Position numbers and translations under genes: made by a program. Shown piece after piece: positions 9,298 to 17,688 of a stretch of 64,000 nt of DNA. The stretch is taken from sequence record MF498774.1, one strand, 5' to 3'. Under the pieces are notes generated by a model. The model had not been told where the DNA came from. It worked only from the letters and a program-made list of their open reading frames with translations, and ran no database searches. Numbering within the stretch: the first letter of the stretch is position 1; each line of letters begins with the position of its first letter.

Positions 9298-9758
9298 TGC
9301 AATATGAAGTAATTTGTGATGAAACAAATAATCCGATGTTAAATATTCAATCCCCGGTTCCAACCTATTCTGTACCTCGTCGTGGGTACGTTTTTGTGCA
9401 TCGTGGGATCTCTGGTATCTATGCTGGTATTCAGCTTGCACATGCACTCGCACGACTTGTACATGATCAATACGCAAATACTGATATGATTGAGTGGATC
9501 CAAAACCACGAAACTCTGGTTGCTCTGGATGGCGGTAATTCCGATAACATGAACCAGATTATGGGAATTTTGTATGGTGCTGATAATGTGTTTGCATCAT
9601 TTAATGAACCAGATATGAACAATATGGTTACCGCAATTGCATATGTTCCCTCCGAGGATGAAATGTTGGATATCGAATTCTATAAAAATAACAAGGAATT
9701 GATCCCAACAAACCCAGTAATCGATCTCCTTATTAAAACTCGTACTCATAAAGGTTGA
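9297..9758 (+). CDS. Peptidyl-tRNA hydrolase II (Pth2)-like protein
   Basis: YVFVHRGIS..AGIQLAHA, W..NHETLVAL and FNEPDMNNMVTAIAY resemble the phage Pth2-fold family pattern. Confidence 0.65.
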   Translation: MQYEVICDETNNPMLNIQSPVPTYSVPRRGYVFVHRGISGIYAGIQLAHALARLVHDQYANTDMIEWIQNHETLVALDGGNSDNMNQIMGILYGADNVFASFNEPDMNNMVTAIAYVPSEDEMLDIEFYKNNKELIPTNPVIDLLIKTRTHKG

Positions 9759-9761
9759 TAT

Positions 9762-11315
9762 ATGATTCTTGATATTCTGAACGAAATTAATACCGCCCGT
9801 GGTAGCGCAAAGCTGGAAGTTTTGAAGTCACACGTAGATAACGAACTTCTCGCTCGCGTGTGTCTGATGACATACAGTAAACAGATTACATTTGGTATCA
9901 GCAAAAAGACATTCCCGGTAGTGTCATCCCATACAGGGGAATGCAGTCTTGAAAAAGCTCTAACTTTCATGATGGAAAAATTCGCAACTCGGGTCTTCAC
10001 TGGTGGAGATGCTATCAGTAGACTTTCTGAAATTCTCAGTCAATTGTCTGAATCTGATTCGGAAGTGGTTAAAAGGATCATGTTTGGTGATCTGGATGTC
10101 GGTATTAACGTATCCACTATCAACAAGGTATGGAAAGGTCTGGTTAAAGAACAACCTCAGATGTTGAGTAGTCCAGAAGATCAAAAACTGATTGATAAAA
10201 TTCTCAAACTTGGTAATGCATATGCAGAACTTAAGGCGGATGGGGCTCGTGGATTTGGTGATGTGACCGGGTTATCCACCGACGATGGTGTACATTTCTT
10301 TACCCGTAGTTCAAACGAATATTTGGGTCTTAATCGCATTTTGAGAGCGATTGATAAGATGCAGTGCATTGGGTGGGTGTTGGACGGGGAATTCGTTGTA
10401 CGCGCATCTGATGAGCCAGAAATCGATGTTATGGCAGCCCTTATGGGTGATGTTGAAGAAGTTGAACTCTCGAAAAGTAAAAAGTACGATAAAACTGTGT
10501 TTGACCGTGAATCTGGTAATGGGATCATGAATACATCCCTTAAAAACAGTATCACTCCGGAAGACTCAGAGCGTGTTGTTTATCAGGTATGGGATATTGT
10601 ACCCCGTGATGTGTATTATGGTTTGGTTCCTTGTCCACCAGAATTGACTCAACAGAAACGACGTAAAATTTTGATTGACTTCTTGTCTAAGTTGGATGAT
10701 GATTGTATCCAGATCATTGAGTCTACCCCTGTTAAAACCCTTGCTGACGTACGTCGCGTGTATCAGGGTTATGTACAGGATGGATACGAAGGTATCATTC
10801 TTAAACACGGTGATTCTTTGTGGGAAAACAAGCGTAGTAAACTGTTTGTTAAGTTCAAGGAAAAATACCCGTTTGACCTTCGGATCGTTGAGGTTTATCC
10901 TCATGACAAAGACCCTAACAAGGTTGGTGGGTTTGTCATGGTCTCTGAATGTGGTACTATCAAGACAAACGGTGGTAGTGGTCTTACCGATACAACCCAT
11001 AAAAAATCATATAGTTCGGTTGACATTTTTAACCATCCAGAACTAGAACGGTTTGAAGATAAGGGTGGACAATTTATCGAAATCTATATCCCGTTGGAAG
11101 AACGTGGTGAACTAGACAGAGAAAAATTGATGCAGATGTATCGCGACGGGGAACTTGATGATATGATTGTTGAATGTGAAGTTAACGCACCAACCACATC
11201 AAAAACCCGGAAAGCTGGTGATCCAGAGTATAGTTTCTTCTTGCCTATCATCAAGAAACTGAGATGGGATAAGAACACTGCAAACCGTTATGAAGATGTT
11301 TTTGTTGTTAGTTGA
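9762..11315 (+). CDS. gp30: ATP-dependent DNA ligase gp30
   Basis: ELKADGARG adenylation motif, LDGEFV, EGIILK, KFKE and FFLPI..LRWDK. Confidence 0.97.
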   Translation: MILDILNEINTARGSAKLEVLKSHVDNELLARVCLMTYSKQITFGISKKTFPVVSSHTGECSLEKALTFMMEKFATRVFTGGDAISRLSEILSQLSESDSEVVKRIMFGDLDVGINVSTINKVWKGLVKEQPQMLSSPEDQKLIDKILKLGNAYAELKADGARGFGDVTGLSTDDGVHFFTRSSNEYLGLNRILRAIDKMQCIGWVLDGEFVVRASDEPEIDVMAALMGDVEEVELSKSKKYDKTVFDRESGNGIMNTSLKNSITPEDSERVVYQVWDIVPRDVYYGLVPCPPELTQQKRRKILIDFLSKLDDDCIQIIESTPVKTLADVRRVYQGYVQDGYEGIILKHGDSLWENKRSKLFVKFKEKYPFDLRIVEVYPHDKDPNKVGGFVMVSECGTIKTNGGSGLTDTTHKKSYSSVDIFNHPELERFEDKGGQFIEIYIPLEERGELDREKLMQMYRDGELDDMIVECEVNAPTTSKTRKAGDPEYSFFLPIIKKLRWDKNTANRYEDVFVVS

Positions 11316-11340
11316 CAAAACTGTGCAGGGGGAGTAAAAT
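11312..11340 (+). promoter_or_regulatory. Early sigma70-type promoter
   Basis: TTGACA-17 nt-TAAAAT; the -10 sits in the loop of the hairpin GGGGGA-GTAAAA-TCCCCC. Confidence 0.75.
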
Positions 11341-11369
11341 CCCCCATACAATCAAAAGAGGAATACATT

Positions 11370-11546
11370 ATGAAAGGTTATATCTCATATATGGGTAAAG
11401 TTGTTGATGTAGAGCTTGATGAAAATGGTAACATCGATTTTGAATCGATGGGGATCCCAATCGTCGGAGTTTTACCGACTGTGTTTAACAAAAACACGTT
11501 TGTTGATGCATATGGTAACGTCCTTCATTTCAACGTTCATCGGTAA
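11370..11546 (+). CDS. Hypothetical protein (58 aa, not in ORF track)
   Basis: GAGGA SD, ATG 11370, MKGYISYMGKVVDVELDENGNIDF...VHR, TAA at 11544-11546. Confidence 0.7.
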   Translation: MKGYISYMGKVVDVELDENGNIDFESMGIPIVGVLPTVFNKNTFVDAYGNVLHFNVHR

Positions 11547-11554
11547 GGGATTTT

Positions 11555-12175
11555 ATGACTCGTAAATTTAAATTCAAAGACGAAGAATCATTTAACAATT
11601 TCGTCAGTAAACATCCTTATCTGAAAGGGTTTTTGTTCTGGTTCAGAGAATTTGAAGTTGATTATGACGAGGACTTTGGTAGGATCTATAATATCCAAGA
11701 CGTTTTTGGAAATTGGCATACTGCCCAGTTCGGTTCACCTTTTTTCTGGTATGGTGATATTAAATCATCCCTTATCGAGATTTATGATTGTGAATATCGT
11801 AATAAGTATGGTATGACCAGAGAAGAATATTGGGATGAGGTAATGCGCCGTCGTCAACCGGAATATTGTGAGCTTGACAGGCTTAATATGATTGGGTCTT
11901 ATTTCTTCCATGAAGAAGAATACAAAGACTCGCATTATGATGGTAAACTGTCTGTATTCCTTAGTGAGGCAAAACGACCTTATGGGAACAAAAATATTCA
12001 ACAATCTATCGCATATACTTTGGGATGGGATTGGGGTCGAGAACTTTGTTACGATATGAAGGGGTTGCCAGATAATGTCAAAGAAGCAGCTACACAATTA
12101 CATGAAAAATTGATAGCACAAGTTAGAGAGAAGGAAAATAATGAGGAACGAGAACGAAATAACACTAACAAATAG
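11555..12175 (+). CDS. Hypothetical protein with KFKFKxEE N-terminal domain
   Basis: 206-aa ORF with SD; N-terminus resembles ORF 56600..56965. Confidence 0.75.
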   Translation: MTRKFKFKDEESFNNFVSKHPYLKGFLFWFREFEVDYDEDFGRIYNIQDVFGNWHTAQFGSPFFWYGDIKSSLIEIYDCEYRNKYGMTREEYWDEVMRRRQPEYCELDRLNMIGSYFFHEEEYKDSHYDGKLSVFLSEAKRPYGNKNIQQSIAYTLGWDWGRELCYDMKGLPDNVKEAATQLHEKLIAQVREKENNEERERNNTNK

Positions 12176-13445
12176 TCAACAAATGGCGGTAGATGCGGTT
12201 CGATCTGGGACTGGTCATATTACGATATCCGGTCCTCCCGGTAGTGGTAAAACATTCTTGGTAAAATATATTATCAAAATGCTTGGTGACGAATTGGGTA
12301 CGGTTCTTGCTGCCCCCACACATCAAGCTAAAATCGTTCTAACTGAGATGTCAGGTATTGAGGCTTGTACAATCCATAGCCTAATGAAAATCCACCCAGA
12401 AACACTTGAAGATATTCAGATCTTCGACCAAAGTAAAATGCCAGACCTTAGTACGGTTCGATATCTCATTATCGAAGAAGCGTCTATGCATTCAAAAACC
12501 CTGTTTAATATTACGATGAAATCTATTCCTCCGACTTGTCGTATTATTGCCATAGGTGATAAAGACCAGATCCAACCAGTAGATCACGCACCGGGCGAAT
12601 TGAGTCCGTATTTTACAGATAGTAGGTTTACTCAAATCCGAATGACTGATATTATGCGTCAATCTCTGGATAACCCGATTATTCAGGTAGCAACAACTAT
12701 CAGGGAAGGTGGATGGATTTATCAGAACTGGAACAAAGAGAAAAAGTCTGGCGTGTATAAAGTCAAAAGTATCACAGACCTGATCAACTCATATCTCCGA
12801 GTTGTGAAAACTCCGGACGACCTAACCAAATACAGGTTCTTGGCATTTACAAACAAGGTCGTTGATAAAGTCAACTCGATTGTCCGAAAACACGTATACA
12901 AAACAGATCTACCATTCATCGAAGGTGAGAAGCTTGTTTTACAAGAGCCGGTTATGGTTGAATACGACGATGATACGATAGAAACAATCTTCACTAATGG
13001 TGAGGTAGTAACTGTTGATGAAATCGAAGTGTCTGATATGAACATTCGTATTGATGGATCCCCTGCATTTTCTATTTCAGTTGCCAAGCTTAAGGTAACA
13101 TCAGATTTTTCTGGTGTGACCCATGACATTATGTCTGTATATGGCGAAGACTCAAAAGCCGAGTTTAATTACCAACTCAGTGAGGCAGCGGCTGTTATAA
13201 AACAAATGCAACGTGGACAAACTAAGGCGGCGTGGGCTTCGTTCTGGGATGCTAAAAAGACATTTACAGAAACGAAATCTCTTGGTGCATGTACCATTCA
13301 TAAGAGCCAAGGATCTACTGTGAAGGGTGTCTGGCTTGGGTTGCATGATATCAGTTATGCCGATACCGACCTACAGCAACAGCTTGTTTATGTTGGCGTG
13401 ACCCGCCCAACAGATTTCTGTTTGTACTTCGATGGCTCTAAATAA
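12141..13445 (+). CDS. dda: SF1B DNA helicase Dda
   Basis: GPPGSGKT, AAPTHQAK, TIHS, IGDKDQIQPV, IMRQS, ACTIHKSQGST and YVGVTR. Confidence 0.95.
   Translation: MRNENEITLTNSQQMAVDAVRSGTGHITISGPPGSGKTFLVKYIIKMLGDELGTVLAAPTHQAKIVLTEMSGIEACTIHSLMKIHPETLEDIQIFDQSKMPDLSTVRYLIIEEASMHSKTLFNITMKSIPPTCRIIAIGDKDQIQPVDHAPGELSPYFTDSRFTQIRMTDIMRQSLDNPIIQVATTIREGGWIYQNWNKEKKSGVYKVKSITDLINSYLRVVKTPDDLTKYRFLAFTNKVVDKVNSIVRKHVYKTDLPFIEGEKLVLQEPVMVEYDDDTIETIFTNGEVVTVDEIEVSDMNIRIDGSPAFSISVAKLKVTSDFSGVTHDIMSVYGEDSKAEFNYQLSEAAAVIKQMQRGQTKAAWASFWDAKKTFTETKSLGACTIHKSQGSTVKGVWLGLHDISYADTDLQQQLVYVGVTRPTDFCLYFDGSK
13438..13444 (+). promoter_or_regulatory. Late promoter (CTAAATA) for uvsY.-2/uvsY
   Basis: Motif overlaps the dda stop; followed by the hairpin AAGGGGG-ATT-CCCCCTT (13450-13466). 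Confidence 0.6.
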
Positions 13446-13485
13446 AGGAAAGGGGGATTCCCCCTTACTTGAAAGGAATATGAAA

Positions 13486-13659
13486 ATGAAATGTATCATT
13501 TGTAAACAAAAAATTGAATCGCATCAAACAACTGTAGACACTCCCCATGGTACTCTCCATTATCAAGGGTGTTATGCATACTACAAAGATCAATTTGAAA
13601 ACTCTAAACTAAACGAATCGGATTTGAGTTCTAAAATTGAAGAGGTGCAAATGCTGTAA
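13486..13659 (+). CDS. uvsY.-2: UvsY.-2 homolog (small Cys/His protein)
   Basis: CIICKQKI...TPHGTLHYQGCY matches T4 uvsY.-2 (CVVCKTPI...TDKGPVHPGPCY). Start moved to fit SD spacing. Confidence 0.8.
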   Translation: MKCIICKQKIESHQTTVDTPHGTLHYQGCYAYYKDQFENSKLNESDLSSKIEEVQML

Positions 13660-14075
13660 TGGATTACTCATTGGAAAGCTTACAAGCAGAATTGGAAAAA
13701 GACCTTATTATCGACCGTGGTAATATTCAAAATTCCGCTATGGACAATCCAGTAATCTATGGGAAATGGATCCGGTACAAAGCAGACTTAAGCCGCCAGC
13801 GTATTGGTATTCATTCTTCGCATGTTGTTATCCTGAAAGATAGTCTAATGCACAATACTGGGCGTGGTGATGATATATGCGAGTTCGATTTCAGTGCAAC
13901 TGAATTAAAAACCATCATCCCGGCGGACGATAAAGTTCTTTTGTCATCAAAAAAACTGGATTATCTGGATCTGATGATTAAGTTTTGTGATGGTGCAATC
14001 GAATCTATCCGACAACGTGGATTTAGTATTAGAGCGATTGTTGACCACCAAGCCCTTATGGTTGGTGTAAAGTAA
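13659..14075 (+). CDS. uvsY: Recombination mediator UvsY
   Basis: LQAELEKDLIID, NPVIYGKW, YLDLMIKFCDGAIESIRQRGFSI. Confidence 0.93.
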   Translation: MDYSLESLQAELEKDLIIDRGNIQNSAMDNPVIYGKWIRYKADLSRQRIGIHSSHVVILKDSLMHNTGRGDDICEFDFSATELKTIIPADDKVLLSSKKLDYLDLMIKFCDGAIESIRQRGFSIRAIVDHQALMVGVK

Positions 14076-14078
14076 AGT

Positions 14079-14113
14079 AAAATCCCAAGTGAATCAATCA
14101 CTTGGGATTTTTT
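14079..14113 (+). terminator. Terminator after uvsY
   Basis: AAAATCCCAAGTGA-ATCAA-TCACTTGGGATTTTTT. Confidence 0.85.
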
Positions 14114-14135
14114 GCATTTATTTTTCAAAAATCGC

Positions 14136-14163
14136 TTGCACCAAAATCCAGTTCTGGTAATAT
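14136..14163 (+). promoter_or_regulatory. Early sigma70-type promoter with A/T-tract UP element, followed by a stem-loop
   Basis: TTGCAC-16 nt-TAATAT with TG extended -10; downstream hairpin GGGAC-GGGTT-GTCCC, then AAGGA SD. Confidence 0.6.
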
Positions 14164-14211
14164 TACTCATGTCGGGACGGGTTGTCCCTCTTCTGAAAAA
14201 GGAAATGAACC

Positions 14212-14439
14212 ATGACTATGACCGCTCAAGTTTTCTTCGCTACTCGTTCTGCCGCCCGTGTCGCTTCCTTCGGTAAAATGACCGACAACGGCAAAGATTC
14301 CGCTAATCGCTGGGCTCGTTCTGTTGAGGTTACCCCTTCCCAGAAAAAAGAGACCATGACCCTCACCCGTACTGGTCGTCGTGGTCCTTCCACCCAGACT
14401 ACCGTGGTTGTTAAGAAAATGAAAACCATGGTTCGCTAA
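14212..14439 (+). CDS. Small basic early protein (75 aa)
   Basis: Promoter plus SD; codon usage like highly expressed genes (GCT/CGT/ACC). Confidence 0.8.
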   Translation: MTMTAQVFFATRSAARVASFGKMTDNGKDSANRWARSVEVTPSQKKETMTLTRTGRRGPSTQTTVVVKKMKTMVR

Positions 14440-14450
14440 GGAGAGATAAA

Positions 14451-14786
14451 ATGAATCACCACAATAACGATGTTTTGAAAAATGGTGAATTTGGTCAAGT
14501 GATGGAGATCCGTGAACTGACTAACCAAGTTCGAAAAGAACTTAATTGTCTTGTTCTAGAACACACACGGGGAAAGAACCGCCAAAACTGCATCTTGGCT
14601 CTCCTTTATGATGTAGACCCAGATCTCGCCCCCCTGTTTTCCGCGTCACGTTATGCTCGGGTTAGTGGAGCAATCTATCAAAAAGGAAAATGTAGCGTTG
14701 GTTTCATAGCGCAAACGGTTTATGATGAGTTGAAGAATTACGAGAAGTTCCTTAAAAACCCAAGTAAAAACCACAACCCATTCTAA
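14451..14786 (+). CDS. Hypothetical protein (111 aa)
   Basis: AGGAG SD; ends at a bidirectional terminator. Confidence 0.75.
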   Translation: MNHHNNDVLKNGEFGQVMEIRELTNQVRKELNCLVLEHTRGKNRQNCILALLYDVDPDLAPLFSASRYARVSGAIYQKGKCSVGFIAQTVYDELKNYEKFLKNPSKNHNPF

Positions 14787-14790
14787 ACAG

Positions 14791-14820
14791 AAAAGCCCCA
14801 ACCGAAAAGGAAGGGGCTTT
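14791..14820. terminator. Bidirectional terminator between convergent genes
   Basis: AAAAGCCCC...GGGGCTTT hairpin. Confidence 0.75.
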
Positions 14821-14825
14821 AAAAA

Positions 14826-15107
14826 TCAAAAGTCTTCTACTTCCTCACCGCCTTCCTCTTGTTTAAAGGCTTCGCGGCGACCATCGATTGCATCACGGAT
14901 CTGAATATCATCAGTATCCGAAATAGCAACGGATTTTATTCGACTTTTATAATAACGCTCTAGTTCGTCAAGTCCTTTGGGTGTCATTGCTGACATAATT
15001 TTACCCAAAAACTTTTCGATACTTACAGCAGGCTTGTCATCACCACCATCGGTGTTTTTTTCTTCTACCTCTTCTTGAAGGCGAAGATAATCAGCAAAGT
15101 ATATCAC
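14826..15107 (-). CDS. uvsW.1: UvsW.1
   Basis: SIEKFLGKIMSAMTPKGLDELERYYKSRIK..DTDDIQIRDAIDGRR matches T4 UvsW.1; GTGA overlap with the uvsW stop. Confidence 0.9.
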   Translation of the reverse strand: MIYFADYLRLQEEVEEKNTDGGDDKPAVSIEKFLGKIMSAMTPKGLDELERYYKSRIKSVAISDTDDIQIRDAIDGRREAFKQEEGGEEVEDF

Positions 15108-16609
15108 AGTTCTATTTCCTTAATTTGATAGTCAAATTGTTCACTTGCATATCTTTCGATACGAAGCATTGCATGTTTGTAAGCATAATTTTTATGTGCA
15201 TATTTAACCGAGCCCGGTTTCGAATTTTTGGTCTCAATACATAGGTTATCTACGATATCCCATAGAGTGGCGATAGTCTTTTCTCCATGTTTTCGAAGAA
15301 CCCGACCAATACTCTGTAATGTGGTAACCTTAGATTTAAATGGGGAAGCGAAAATAACGTGGAATAGCTTTTTGATAGAAATACCTGTCGAGAATATACC
15401 AATAGAAGCAACGATAATCATTCCGTCGCTACCCTCTGCAATTTTCTTAAGCTGATCCCGTTCCTCTACGTTAGTATCGCCATTAGCAAAGAATACATTG
15501 TCATGTTTTTTTCTAAGGGCCTCATAAAGCTTCTTCCCATGTTCCTTATGCCTAAACAGTATCAAGGTATTCTCTTTCTTCTCTTTGGCTAATTTTAAAG
15601 CCAAACGACACACAAAAGCATTTCTCTTTGTATGTTCCTCGATATATTTAATCTCTTGTTGATATTCTATTCCTTTAGTTAATACACAATCTTGTTTAGG
15701 ATACCGCAAGAACAGGTTATTTATTTTAAGATCTGTTACTTGACCCTCTTCCATAAGTTGTTTAGTACTAACCGGCTTGAATACATCCCCAAACAAACCA
15801 ACATACGACATAATATTACATTTACCATCTTTCAAAGAACCACTCATACCCCATTTAAACGGGCACTCAGAGAGGTTTGTGATGATATTCTTAATCTCAC
15901 TACCTACGTTGTGACATTCATCAATCAAAAGAGCCCCAAATTGGCGGAACCAATGAACTGGTTGTTTCGATGCACTTTGCCATGTACTAACAAATACTGG
16001 TGCTGGGTGATCTTTTGTTTTACCAGCCATAATACCATGAGAAAATTCCCGTCTCATAAACTGATAATCTGAGAAATCGTCCATCATCTGAGTAACAAGG
16101 GAGGTTGTTGGAACGATTAGCAATATTTTCCCATCATAATTAGTCATATACCAGTAACAAATAAGAGCTGCTATTAGGGATTTACCGGCAGACGTAGGAA
16201 GGTTTAAGATACCCCGGTTATTCTGAATTGCGTAATAAACCGCATCAGCCTGATACCAGTGCGCGGTAATCTTATTTCCCCCAGAATATATATCAATATC
16301 AGCCAACCATTTATCAAACTCTTCTCTAGATGTGAAATGGTTAATAGGAGTAAAGTCTTCTTCTTTTTCAAATTCGTATTCGTTTCTAGCGCAATATTTC
16401 TCAAGGTTATTGACCAGACCATAAGGGAATTTTCCATCCGGTTGTAGGAGACGGATCCGACCATCCCAACCGCTATATTTGAACTTAGGATTAAATCTAG
16501 CACCACCTTCCGTCTCAAATGAATAATACTCTCTCAATTCCATGAATATGTCACGTTCACATTCAATAATAGCATTACTATAGTCGTTGAATTTAACTGA
16601 TACTTTCAT
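15104..16609 (-). CDS. uvsW: SF2 DNA helicase UvsW
   Basis: WDGRIRLL, HWYQADAV, LPTSAGKSLI, IDECH, FSTGISIK and LQSIGRVLRKH. Confidence 0.97.
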   Translation of the reverse strand: MKVSVKFNDYSNAIIECERDIFMELREYYSFETEGGARFNPKFKYSGWDGRIRLLQPDGKFPYGLVNNLEKYCARNEYEFEKEEDFTPINHFTSREEFDKWLADIDIYSGGNKITAHWYQADAVYYAIQNNRGILNLPTSAGKSLIAALICYWYMTNYDGKILLIVPTTSLVTQMMDDFSDYQFMRREFSHGIMAGKTKDHPAPVFVSTWQSASKQPVHWFRQFGALLIDECHNVGSEIKNIITNLSECPFKWGMSGSLKDGKCNIMSYVGLFGDVFKPVSTKQLMEEGQVTDLKINNLFLRYPKQDCVLTKGIEYQQEIKYIEEHTKRNAFVCRLALKLAKEKKENTLILFRHKEHGKKLYEALRKKHDNVFFANGDTNVEERDQLKKIAEGSDGMIIVASIGIFSTGISIKKLFHVIFASPFKSKVTTLQSIGRVLRKHGEKTIATLWDIVDNLCIETKNSKPGSVKYAHKNYAYKHAMLRIERYASEQFDYQIKEIEL

Positions 16610-16643
16610 CTCATTCTCTCTTTAAATTTTTCACATATATAAT

Positions 16644-16664
16644 TATTTAGGGCAACACTAAATA
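16644..16664. promoter_or_regulatory. Back-to-back late promoters (uvsW leftward, 120-aa gene rightward)
   Basis: TATTTAG-GGCAACA-CTAAATA. Confidence 0.75.
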
Positions 16665-16709
16665 AATGCGAGGGAATACCATTTCCTCGTGACGTAGGGA
16701 GAAAATAAA

Positions 16710-17072
16710 ATGCTTATAAATAGTAAGCTGTTTAAAGACACCCTACCCGTCCTAACCGTTATTGTGGCGATCTGGGCCTCTATATTTTCATATAATGAAT
16801 TTATAGCGGATTCCCGCCAAGTAGCTTTTAAAGAGCAAATCACTTCCCACATGGACAAATCTATAGATAACCTAAGAACGGAGATTAAATCTCTCCCAAA
16901 TAAGGATTCTGTAGAAACTGCTCAACTGCGGGCAATGCTTTATAGTAAGGATCTTATCGATGAGGTTAATAGGGGGAACCGAGTTGAATTGGAGAGACTT
17001 GAGAAGCGGATCAGTGAGATGGAAAACGCCAGAGTTGAGAAGAAAACTCAAACAAAACGCGAGGACGGTTAA
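16710..17072 (+). CDS. Late-expressed single-TM coiled-coil protein (120 aa)
   Basis: Hydrophobic LPVLTVIVAIWASIFSY followed by helical, charged heptads; has its own late promoter, SD and terminator. Confidence 0.8.
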   Translation: MLINSKLFKDTLPVLTVIVAIWASIFSYNEFIADSRQVAFKEQITSHMDKSIDNLRTEIKSLPNKDSVETAQLRAMLYSKDLIDEVNRGNRVELERLEKRISEMENARVEKKTQTKREDG

Positions 17073-17085
17073 GTTGTCTAACGTG

Positions 17086-17117
17086 GGTCATGATGCAATT
17101 TGCTCATGGCCTTTTTT
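17086..17117 (+). terminator. Terminator after the 120-aa gene
   Basis: GGTCATGA-T-GCAA-T-TTGC-TCATGGCC-TTTTTT. Confidence 0.75.
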
Positions 17118-17131
17118 CTTTTAAAAAGGGG

Positions 17132-17161
17132 TTGACTCATGAAACTTGTGTGTAGTATTAT
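17132..17161 (+). promoter_or_regulatory. Early sigma70-type promoter
   Basis: TTGACT-18 nt-TATTAT with upstream A/T tracts. Confidence 0.7.
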
Positions 17162-17193
17162 CTATCTCGTTGAGACACAAAAGAGGAATTACA

Positions 17194-17676
17194 ATGCTGA
17201 ATGATCCTTACGAGTTGTTTTTTGATATGGATGGGGTGATGGCTGACTGGTGTCGTGCATTCGATGCTCGTTTTGGTGAGGGTGCGGCAGAACAGTTTGA
17301 CAGTCTGAACAAAGAAGATAAGAATCTTATCAAAGAAGAACTGGCAAATGGTAATTTCTATCGTCATCTTCCGGTGATGGAAAAAGGGGTTTCTCTGGTT
17401 ATTGAGATGGTTCGTAGTGGTCGCAAGGTAAGTATCTTAACCAGCGTCGGTCGTCAAAACCCAGAGAACGTAGTTCGCCAGAAGAAAGCTTGGGTCTCTT
17501 ATGTATATCCTGCTGACGTCGCTGCGGTACTGTTAGAAAACTTCCATTATACCCTGTGTAGTGAAGACAAAGCCGCGTTTGCTCGTCCTAACGTTTGTCT
17601 GGTTGATGACCGTGCCAAGAGCCGCATCCCGTTCATCGCTGCTGGTGGTGTTGCTGTTGATATCGCTGACCTTTAA
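17194..17676 (+). CDS. HAD 5'(3')-deoxyribonucleotidase-like (NT5C family)
   Basis: FFDMDGVMADW motif I, ILTS motif II, QKKAW and LVDDR motif IV; ATG 17194 follows a GAGGA SD. Confidence 0.8.
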   Translation: MLNDPYELFFDMDGVMADWCRAFDARFGEGAAEQFDSLNKEDKNLIKEELANGNFYRHLPVMEKGVSLVIEMVRSGRKVSILTSVGRQNPENVVRQKKAWVSYVYPADVAAVLLENFHYTLCSEDKAAFARPNVCLVDDRAKSRIPFIAAGGVAVDIADL

Positions 17677-17688
17677 GAGGAATTAATT

